DNA from: a virus
DNA: 34,864 nt
Reading direction: 5' to 3' (one strand)
Virus record (IMG/VR): IMGVR_UViG_3300045988_013397
Coordinates: 1 to 34,864 of that record
Part shown: positions 5,794 to 12,045 of the stretch, one piece after another
Layout: each line of letters begins with the position of its first letter
Numbering within the stretch: the first letter of the stretch is position 1
Position numbers and translations under genes: made by a program
The notes under the pieces: model-generated
What the model saw: only the letters and a program-made list of their open reading frames with translations
Databases searched by the model: none
What the model was told of the DNA's origin: nothing

Positions 5794-5960
5794 TTGTTTT
5801 CTCCTTTTGCTTTTACGATAGATTCCAGTACTTTGGCGAGGGTTTCGATGGTGTCTGCGCAAGCGTCGAGCAGGTCGTCCACTTCGTCGGTGTCGTAGCC
5901 TTCGCGGAATCGGTGTGTTGTGATCTTTGCTGCTCTGACTTCCTTGGGTGTGAGCATCAT
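5790..5960 (-). CDS. DivIVA/GpsB N-terminal-domain miniprotein (56 aa)
   Basis: Track ORF 5790-6179 trimmed to ATG ATG at 5960 behind AAAGGAA. LTPKEVRAAKITTHRFREGYDTDEVDDLLDACADTIETL matches the DivIVA N-domain consensus LTPxDIxxxxFxxxxRGYdxdEVDxFLD. Confidence 0.7.
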   Translation of the reverse strand: MMLTPKEVRAAKITTHRFREGYDTDEVDDLLDACADTIETLAKVLESIVKAKGENK

Positions 5961-6021
5961 GATGGTTCCTTTCGGTTGGAGTATATGGAGGGTTGCGCGG
6001 TTGCCCCCGCCGCTATGGTTG

Positions 6022-6273
6022 TCACCAAGTCTGGGCGAACTGTTCGACCTGCTCGGCGCTGAAGGTCTTGGCGGGGTCACGGTAGGCTTCGTCGGCTGTG
6101 GTGAAGGCGTAGGACGTGTAGTAGGCGTTGCCTTCGTCATCGACGGCCTGATCACGGTCGATGCTCTCCCAGCTGCCACCTTCCTCTTTGGCTTCGAGCG
6201 TATAGTCCTCGCTCATCCAGTAGTGGTAGAGATCGGCGTAGGTGCTGGTCTTGGTGAATTCGATGCTGGTCAT
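6022..6273 (-). CDS. Very acidic, aromatic-rich 83-aa protein (net charge about -13), first gene after promoter-like element B
   Basis: Track ORF 6022-6510 trimmed to the ATG at 6273 behind AAAGGA. 18 D/E versus 5 K/R, with 8 Y and 3 W. Confidence 0.6.
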   Translation of the reverse strand: MTSIEFTKTSTYADLYHYWMSEDYTLEAKEEGGSWESIDRDQAVDDEGNAYYTSYAFTTADEAYRDPAKTFSAEQVEQFAQTW

Positions 6274-6301
6274 TTTCTTTGTCCTTTCGTTTGGTTGGTT
6301 G

Positions 6302-6359
6302 GTGTTCCCTTGTTTTGTAATTATCACTATACACCTATCAACGTTTTGACACGCCGAAG
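6302..6359 (-). promoter_or_regulatory. Promoter-like conserved element B (paralog of 4453-4508)
   Basis: Minus-strand CTTCGGCGTGTC-N10-TAGGTGTATAGT-N5-TTACAAAACAAGGGAACAC. It lies immediately downstream of the terminator at 6365-6395. The GGTGTATAGTG core is shared with the Cro promoter -10 region at 11571-11581. Confidence 0.45.
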
Positions 6360-6364
6360 GCATG

Positions 6365-6395
6365 AAAAAAGGCGGCACGCCTAGAACATGCCGCC
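6365..6395 (-). terminator. Rho-independent terminator ending the early replication operon
   Basis: Minus-strand GGCGGCA-tgttctaggcg-TGCCGCC followed by TTTTTT (plus-strand A-run at 6365-6370). Confidence 0.7.
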
Positions 6396-6491
6396 AATTG
6401 CATTTTCGCCGGTGCCCCGGCACGGGTGATGCTACCGCTAGCAGAGGGTGGTGCGCATCCTTGGAGAGGCGTTCTGCTTTGTAAATACCGA

Positions 6492-6794
6492 TTATACACG
6501 CTTGAGCCACCTGCGCAGGATCTTCGCCGGAGACGTACGCTCATAATGCAGGTGCCTTGCTATCATCTCCCAGCTCTTACCCTCCAAGAACCGCATGATG
6601 CAGATTAACCGCACGCGATCATCAGGTATCGAAATTATCCACGCCATCAAGTCGAATCGTCTCTGCTCCACCTGCTCCAAGTGCTCAGCGAGCAGTCGGC
6701 GGCAGGACGGCTCAAGCTCCACAGCCAATAGCGAGCGCAGCCGCTCCGCTTCCGTCTTAAGCAGTCGAGCCTGAGCCAAGTCACGCTCCGTCAC
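6492..6794 (-). CDS. Sigma-70 region-4-like small regulator (candidate middle/late transcription activator)
   Basis: 100 aa. GTG start in a GTGA overlap with the DnaC-like gene. Helical N-terminus, then RVRLICIMRFLEGKSWEMIARHLHYERTSPAKILRRWLKRV, resembling sigma r4 / DUF1492-type phage regulators. Confidence 0.5.
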   Translation of the reverse strand: MTERDLAQARLLKTEAERLRSLLAVELEPSCRRLLAEHLEQVEQRRFDLMAWIISIPDDRVRLICIMRFLEGKSWEMIARHLHYERTSPAKILRRWLKRV

Positions 6795-7636
6795 AAGCCC
6801 AACAGGCCGCGAAGCTCGGCCACATCATCATGCGCCTTCACCCTGCGCCTGTCAGCCCCCTCGACGTGGAAGGGCAAGCACATCTCCAGCAGGCGACTAT
6901 ACACTCGCGCCTTACGCACATCCGAAGGGCTGGAAAGCTCCTGAGCAGTCAGATTCGTAGTCACGATAAGCGGCAGCCCGGCGCGATACCGGCTGTCTAC
7001 CACATTCATGACCTGCTCCCACATGTAATCCGTATCCCTCTCAGCCGCCAGATCATCGATCACCAGCAGCTTGAAGCAATTAAGCCGGTCGATATACCGT
7101 TGACGCCCCTCAAAGCTCTCAGACAGCTGATTAACGATCCTGCTGAAATTGGTCATCATGCACGGCACACCACGATTAATCAGCTCATTGGCGATGCACG
7201 CTGCCGCAAAGCTCTTGCCGCAGCCGACAGTACCAAAGAGCAGCAAGCCCTTGCCCTTAGCCTTGAAAGCCTCGAAATTATCGACATAATTCCGAGCCAC
7301 CATCATCGTCTTCTCGCTCATTCCATCATCAGCATCGAAAGTCCACTTGAGCATTTCAGCATCGGGGAAGCCCGTCCGTCTCATACCCTCCAATCGGTAC
7401 TTGCGCTCCTCTGCACGGCGTGCTTCCTCACGCTTCAGACGCGCTTCTCTAGCACACTTGCATTGGATCGGCAGCAGCCGTTCGCCACCACCAAGCCAAT
7501 GCTCTTCCCTGTGCTGCTTGACCGTGTGGCATTTGCCACAGTAGAGCAATCCGTCTTCTCCCCTGTAATCTCCTTCCTGCATTCCATTGATCGCACTCGC
7601 TGCTTTCACGATTCCCTCGATTCCACTCATGTCCAT
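6791..7636 (-). CDS. DnaC/IstB-like AAA+ helicase loader
   Basis: Walker A FGTVGCGKSF, Walker B LLVIDDLAAE, and IVTTNL. Cysteine-rich N-terminus (CGKCH ... CKC). RBS AAAGGAG. Confidence 0.9.
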   Translation of the reverse strand: MDMSGIEGIVKAASAINGMQEGDYRGEDGLLYCGKCHTVKQHREEHWLGGGERLLPIQCKCAREARLKREEARRAEERKYRLEGMRRTGFPDAEMLKWTFDADDGMSEKTMMVARNYVDNFEAFKAKGKGLLLFGTVGCGKSFAAACIANELINRGVPCMMTNFSRIVNQLSESFEGRQRYIDRLNCFKLLVIDDLAAERDTDYMWEQVMNVVDSRYRAGLPLIVTTNLTAQELSSPSDVRKARVYSRLLEMCLPFHVEGADRRRVKAHDDVAELRGLLGL

Positions 7637-7649
7637 TTCATCCGCTCCT

Positions 7650-8438
7650 TTACAGTGAGAATATTTCGTTGGTCAGTTTTTCGTCTTCGGCTTTTTGCTC
7701 TGGTGTGAATCCCCAGATTTCCGCTTGCGTTTTGCCTTGCTGCGCTCGCTGACCCCCGCCCTGATAGCTCTTGATCGGGTAGAAGGCAGTCCAGCCGCGA
7801 CGGACTACCTCTGCGAGGTAATCGTCCACGCTCATGCGGCTTTCTCGCGCATATTCGTCCAGCTTGTCGATATTGCGCTTGATCGCGTTATCTGTCATCG
7901 CTGCTCGCTTAGCCTTACGGTTTTGCAGCCACTCACCTAAAAGCTCTTTAGTGGTGGCATTGGAGGTGTAGGCATTGATAATCGCGTCGAAGCTATGACG
8001 CTTTCTTTCTTTCTTATGATCAGTATTTAATCCTTTAGTATTTGATTCTTTAGTATTTAATTGTGTGACATTTTGTAGCTCTACATTTTGTAGAGGTACA
8101 TTTTCAACAGCTACATTTTGTACCTCTTGACTGCGTGCCTCTTGTGGCCTCTCGAAAATGTCATACACGTATTCGATACGCTTGCGCTCGCCATTCGGAT
8201 ACAGCTTAGTCACCACAAGGTAGCCTTGCTCTTTAAGCTCAGCGAGCGCAGACTTGACCGCACGCACATCTTCCCTGCAAATCGCCACAAGCCCATTCAC
8301 GGAATAATCCCAATCTTCAGGCAATGCCAGCATCATCGACAGCAAGCCCTTAGCCTTGAGAGACAGTGCTTTATCCCGCAAGTGATGATTACTCATGACT
8401 GTGTAATCTTTTGTCTTGTTTACTCTGAAAACACTCAT
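7650..8438 (-). CDS. Replisome organiser / DnaD-domain replication initiation protein
   Basis: Track ORF trimmed to the ATG at 8438 behind AGGAGA. N-terminal winged-helix-like region (FRVNKTKDYTVMSNHHLRD ... LPEDWDYSVNGL) and a C-terminal DnaD-like region. The central part is encoded by the iteron array. Confidence 0.85.
   Translation of the reverse strand: MSVFRVNKTKDYTVMSNHHLRDKALSLKAKGLLSMMLALPEDWDYSVNGLVAICREDVRAVKSALAELKEQGYLVVTKLYPNGERKRIEYVYDIFERPQEARSQEVQNVAVENVPLQNVELQNVTQLNTKESNTKGLNTDHKKERKRHSFDAIINAYTSNATTKELLGEWLQNRKAKRAAMTDNAIKRNIDKLDEYARESRMSVDDYLAEVVRRGWTAFYPIKSYQGGGQRAQQGKTQAEIWGFTPEQKAEDEKLTNEIFSL
8022..8119. repeat. Seven 15-bp-phased iterons inside the organiser gene: candidate origin of replication
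   Basis: AGTATTT at 8022, 8037 and 8052. ACATTTT at 8068, 8083, 8098 and 8113. Spacings are 15, 15, 16, 15, 15 and 15 bp. Confidence 0.6.
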
Positions 8439-8511
8439 TCGTATTCTCCTAGGTAAAAAATTATCCCACTGACTATTACCGTTTGCCCCCGGTAACAATC
8501 AATGGGATATG

Positions 8512-8556
8512 CATGTTGAGTTATCACTCCACGTAAGTGGGGCAACACTCAACATG
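8512..8556. repeat. Perfect 10-bp inverted repeat upstream of the organiser gene (operator or RNA hairpin)
   Basis: CATGTTGAGT (8512-8521) and ACTCAACATG (8547-8556), with an inner CCAC-gtaa-GTGG. A minus-strand extended -10-like TGATATTAT lies just upstream. Confidence 0.4.
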
Positions 8557-8602
8557 GCGTATATCTATAATATCACGTCTCCAATATAGCCACGCCGACA
8601 TG

Positions 8603-8971
8603 TCACGTCTCCTTAATGATCTTATGATACCGGTACGCGACAAGTTTCCGCTTCAGCAAATATACCGGGGTTTTCATGCCTTTAACATCTTCCCAGACCT
8701 CACTGCCTTCTGAATCCGTATACGTGAAATCCACGACATAATATATTCCACGGAAGTGCTTACCGTCGCAATTGAACGGAGGAACCAGCTCTACTCTGAC
8801 CTGACGCTGCAAGTCTCGAATTTTCCCAGCCCGTTCCAAGAGCTTCAACTCACCGTATCGCGCCGCCTCTCGTTTACTGTCGAACGTGAACCCATCGACG
8901 GTAGTCTTTTTAGCGTGGAACTTGCTACCGCCCGGTCGAACCAAAGCCACCATCTCCCCTCTCACCGCCAT
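8603..8971 (-). CDS. DUF1064-family protein (putative endonuclease / resolvase-like)
   Basis: SKFHAKKTTVDGFTFDSKREAARYGELKLLERAGKI is the characteristic DUF1064 N-terminal signature. Start is uncertain: ATG at 8971 or 8953, or TTG at 8992. Confidence 0.75.
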   Translation of the reverse strand: MAVRGEMVALVRPGGSKFHAKKTTVDGFTFDSKREAARYGELKLLERAGKIRDLQRQVRVELVPPFNCDGKHFRGIYYVVDFTYTDSEGSEVWEDVKGMKTPVYLLKRKLVAYRYHKIIKET

Positions 8972-9335
8972 TGATACTATCCACCACTTCAAGCGGTTCG
9001 TATACCACTGGAATCACCACCAACTGCGTGATCTTGTCACCATCATGCACAGTGTAGGCAGAACGCCCATGATTATAGAGTTTTACGATCAGCTCGCCTG
9101 TGTAGCCTTCATCAACCAACCCAGTGGAGCAGATATTCTGCTTGATGTTTAGCCCGCTCTTGCTCACGAAAAGCCCACCATGGCCGTGCGGCAATTGCAC
9201 ATGCACGCCAGTCTTGATTACCCGCGATCCATGAGCCGGGATAACGTGTTCGCCAATGGCCTTGATGTCGATTCCCGCGTCAGTATCGTGGGCACGCTCC
9301 GGCATGTGAGCGCCTTTATCGAGTGTGATCTTCAT
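8925..9335 (-). CDS. dut: dUTP diphosphatase (trimeric dUTPase)
   Basis: Track ORF trimmed to the ATG at 9335 behind AAGGAG. Motifs DAGIDI, GLVDEGYTGEL and ERGDGGFGSTG. Confidence 0.9.
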   Translation of the reverse strand: MKITLDKGAHMPERAHDTDAGIDIKAIGEHVIPAHGSRVIKTGVHVQLPHGHGGLFVSKSGLNIKQNICSTGLVDEGYTGELIVKLYNHGRSAYTVHDGDKITQLVVIPVVYEPLEVVDSINGGERGDGGFGSTGR

Positions 9336-9373
9336 CTTGTATGCTCCTTGTATTAATGTATTTGATTTGGCAG

Positions 9374-9413
9374 ATGGCGGGGAACGGCTTTGAGCAGTCA
9401 CCGTCCCCGCCAT
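9374..9413. terminator. Strong GC-rich hairpin between the ssb and dut genes (attenuator or processing site; no U-tract)
   Basis: ATGGCGGGGAACGG pairs with CCGTCCCCGCCAT: 13 bp with a one-base bulge and a 13-nt loop. Confidence 0.35.
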
Positions 9414-9428
9414 TAATGCCGTCCACTA

Positions 9429-9830
9429 TCAGAATTCGGGTTCGCCCCACTGGTCATCAGCAGCACCATAGGTGGTGTTTTGAGCCTGTGTGGTCTGAGC
9501 CTGATTACCCTGATGCTTGCAACTGCCTGCGTTAAGCGGTAATTGGTCAACGACGAATTTCACACGACTGTGCTTCACTCCGTCCTTCTCCCACTGATCT
9601 ACAACGGCGTGAGCCGTCAAGCCAACAGTGTCACCCTTGTGACGATACCGCGCCAGCGTCTCCGCAGTCTTCCCCCAAGCTTCAAAATCGAGCCAATATG
9701 TCTCGTCCTTGTGGAACCCGTTGACTGCGAGCCGGAAGCGAGCCACGCTCTTACCGCCCTGCGTCTGCTTCAACTCCACGTCAGACCCCAAACGTCCCGT
9801 AAAAGTGCAAGTGTTAATATCAGCCATCAT
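9429..9830 (-). CDS. ssb: Single-stranded DNA-binding protein
   Basis: OB-fold N-terminus (FTGRLGSDVELK ... ARFRLAV ... WLDFEAWGKTAE), G/Q-rich tail and an acidic C-terminal tip DDQWGEPEF. Confidence 0.9.
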   Translation of the reverse strand: MMADINTCTFTGRLGSDVELKQTQGGKSVARFRLAVNGFHKDETYWLDFEAWGKTAETLARYRHKGDTVGLTAHAVVDQWEKDGVKHSRVKFVVDQLPLNAGSCKHQGNQAQTTQAQNTTYGAADDQWGEPEF

Positions 9831-10066
9831 TTATTCCTTTCATCCTTCAGCGCTTGGATAGTCGCGCTGTAGCCGTCTTTAAGCACATATTTGAGCAGTG
9901 TATCTGCCGTACCTTGATCGATAATCAGTCGCGTACCGTCAAGGCTAAGCACAGCAGATGCCTTAATCATGTCCTTCAGCATCGCATTATCAGCCTTAGC
10001 CTCAAGCAGTGCCACATACTCCTTCTGTTTTATCGTGATAAATTGTTCAAAAACTGATTCCTCCAT
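9827..10066 (-). CDS. Hypothetical protein
   Basis: 79-aa ORF, translationally coupled at both ends (TAATG and ATGATG/TGA overlaps). Confidence 0.6.
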   Translation of the reverse strand: MEESVFEQFITIKQKEYVALLEAKADNAMLKDMIKASAVLSLDGTRLIIDQGTADTLLKYVLKDGYSATIQALKDERNK

Positions 10067-10662
10067 TACTCTTTTCCTCCATTCTGTTGTTTCGCTTCAC
10101 GTTCACGGTAACAATCCCCGCACACGGCCATTCCAGTCTTTGCCCTAGTCCACTTGGCTACCGCTTCCGGCGACATTTCGCCACCGCCACGCTTAGCCAT
10201 CGACTTGATAGGCTTATGGCACAAGTCGCACATAATCGGTGCTGAAACCGATTCTTTGCCACCTCTACGCTGATAGGATTCCGTATCCGGGTCTTTACTA
10301 TCATCGATAGCAAAAAGCCCTTGGGCAGCATATTTTCTCGCGTATGAGCTACAAGCGCCGGTAATCTGCGGGTCACTCATACCCTTCTTGCTTTCGTCCT
10401 CCCGCGCATAAGCCGTGTTACTGATCGATACCTTGCCGTCTGAAATGGTCGCGGTAGCCTTCACGTAGACTTTGCCGCCGACTTCCACCATTTCATCGCT
10501 CAAGATGATCGACAGACCAGCTTCGGCAAGCAACGGCTTCACCGATTCCAAGATGTTTTCCAAGCTCCGGTAATTGTAGTTGCCGAAGCCGTTATGTTGG
10601 TCTTTCGGTGCCTTCAGCTCGTGCTGGATCTTTACCAGCTTGGCGTTTAATTCCTCACTCAT
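10066..10662 (-). CDS. ERF-family single-strand annealing protein with a C-terminal CxxC...CxxC zinc ribbon
   Basis: KIQHELKAPKDQHNGFGNYNYRSLENILESVKPLL ... GACSSYARKYAAQGLFAIDD is typical of ERF. The C-terminus has CDLC ... CGDC. Confidence 0.85.
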   Translation of the reverse strand: MSEELNAKLVKIQHELKAPKDQHNGFGNYNYRSLENILESVKPLLAEAGLSIILSDEMVEVGGKVYVKATATISDGKVSISNTAYAREDESKKGMSDPQITGACSSYARKYAAQGLFAIDDSKDPDTESYQRRGGKESVSAPIMCDLCHKPIKSMAKRGGGEMSPEAVAKWTRAKTGMAVCGDCYREREAKQQNGGKE

Positions 10663-10683
10663 TTTCTACTCCTTTTTCATCGC

Positions 10684-11166
10684 CTACTTGACTTGCATAT
10701 TCTGTTTTGTCTCGATAGTCGCGAACTTAATATCCCTGCCGCTATCTATCGCGTCACGTACCGCAGTCTTATTTACTTTTGGCTCAGAATAGGTCAAAAG
10801 GTCATCGGCATTGATCTCAGCCCATTCGATAAATTGCGGGTCGATATTGACAACACGAGACTTGCGGTAAGATACCTTGAGTTTCGGTGTTGAGAATTTC
10901 TCCCCATTTAACGCATATGCAAGCAGATTCTTGAGCCGTTCTACTTTGTTCTCTGCTGTTTTGCGTCTAGCTGAGAGTGCCTGTTCTTCTTCTTTGATTG
11001 CCTTGGCTTCGGCAACTGTATTCTTCAGCAGAAGCCCGATGTTCTCGACCTTCACATCACGCTCCATCTGGAGCGCATCGAAGGCTTCCTCGTCGGTCAC
11101 TTCCCCGGTTTCCGTATCGATCAGCGAGATGATAGCCGCATCGATATCATAAATGCTCATACTCAT
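10684..11166 (-). CDS. Siphovirus Gp157-family protein
   Basis: Layout matches Sfi11 Gp157-like proteins: acidic N-terminus, KAIKEEEQALSARRKTAENKVERLKNLL coiled coil, and a C-terminal KVNKTAVRDAIDSG. Confidence 0.75.
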   Translation of the reverse strand: MSMSIYDIDAAIISLIDTETGEVTDEEAFDALQMERDVKVENIGLLLKNTVAEAKAIKEEEQALSARRKTAENKVERLKNLLAYALNGEKFSTPKLKVSYRKSRVVNIDPQFIEWAEINADDLLTYSEPKVNKTAVRDAIDSGRDIKFATIETKQNMQVK

Positions 11167-11273
11167 AATAGTTCTGTTCCTTCCTTATTGGTCAGTTCAT
11201 TCAATTCTTCGTCAGTGTAATACACGTCTGAGTTCGGCAGCAGCTCGTTGATAAGGTCATAGAGTGCTGTCAA
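11163..11273 (-). CDS. 36-aa ORF with a TTG start (tentative)
   Basis: GAAGGAACAC precedes the TTG. The stop overlaps the Gp157 start (TTATGAGT). It fills an otherwise non-coding 123-nt gap. Confidence 0.3.
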   Translation of the reverse strand: MTALYDLINELLPNSDVYYTDEELNELTNKEGTELL

Positions 11274-11289
11274 GTGTTCCTTCGTTGGT

Positions 11290-11511
11290 TTATGTCGTTC
11301 CGTCTGAATCACCCCCGAAGAGATAGTCAAGACCGGCGTGTCCGTTTTTCATGGCGATTGTCTGCGACAGCTTGAGCATTTCGTCAAGCCTCCACTCGCT
11401 AGAGCCATTCAGCAGCCGGTAGAAAGTCCCAAGACTTACCCCTGCGGCTTCCGCACACTCGCAAGTGGTCATGCCTGTGCGAGCTATCTCAGCTTTCAGA
11501 TTCCGATACAT
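11290..11511 (-). CDS. Cro-like HTH regulator (first gene of the early leftward operon)
   Basis: Track ORF trimmed to the ATG at 11511 behind GAGGAGG. HTH segment MTTCECAEAAGVSLGTFYRLLNG. Divergent from the repressor gene. Confidence 0.75.
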   Translation of the reverse strand: MYRNLKAEIARTGMTTCECAEAAGVSLGTFYRLLNGSSEWRLDEMLKLSQTIAMKNGHAGLDYLFGGDSDGTT

Positions 11512-11572
11512 CCATTGCACCTCCTCATATGTGTTCACGATGCGCACATTCGTGTGCATCTCGTATGGCTCC

Positions 11573-11601
11573 ACTATACACCCATAAATTTCAAATTGCA
11601 A
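11573..11601 (-). promoter_or_regulatory. Early promoter for the Cro-like operon
   Basis: Minus strand TTGCAA (11596-11601), 17-nt spacer, TATAGT (11573-11578). Confidence 0.6.
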
Positions 11602-11653
11602 CACAATTTAGTCAGATTTGCAAAAATTGGCGTCAATTTTGCGCACGAATGTG

Positions 11654-11682
11654 TTTACAATGCAAATCGCACATGATATATT
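11654..11682 (+). promoter_or_regulatory. Promoter for the repressor-integrase operon
   Basis: TTTACA (11654-11659), 17-nt spacer, TATATT (11677-11682), preceded by TGA (extended -10). The leader hairpin CGAAACG-acga-CGTTTCG lies at 11699-11716. Confidence 0.6.
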
Positions 11683-11738
11683 AAAGAAGCGGGAGACACG
11701 AAACGACGACGTTTCGACAAGAAGGGAGGTGAATCGAC

Positions 11739-12038
11739 ATGGCATTTGTTGACAATTTGCGCGCACTAATGAGCGCAAAAGGGGTATCCCGTCGAAAAAT
11801 GGCGAGCGACTGCGGAATATCGCCAAGTGCGGTAAATTCATGGTTCAACAGGTCAGCCGAGAATATCAGCTTACCTACACTGCTTAAATTATCAGAATAT
11901 TTCGGGGTATCAATCGAGGAATTAGTGCATGGCACGCCGCAACGTGAGATAACTTTTTCAAACCGGATTTTCACTGATGAAGAACTTGAAGAAATACAGT
12001 TATTTGCACAATTTTTATTACACCGACGAAAGGACTAG
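11739..12038 (+). CDS. XRE/cI-type HTH repressor
   Basis: LRALMSAKGVSRRKMASDCGISPSAVNSWFN ... TLLKLSEYFGVSIEELV is a classic XRE HTH. RBS GGGAGGTG. Divergent from the Cro-like gene. Confidence 0.85.
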   Translation: MAFVDNLRALMSAKGVSRRKMASDCGISPSAVNSWFNRSAENISLPTLLKLSEYFGVSIEELVHGTPQREITFSNRIFTDEELEEIQLFAQFLLHRRKD

Positions 12039-12045
12039 ATGATGG

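Noticed and set aside
8022-8119. Possible CRISPR-like array, because of the regular 15-bp repeats
   Set aside because: The period is far too short, there are no spacers, and the array lies inside an intact CDS. It is interpreted as replication iterons instead.
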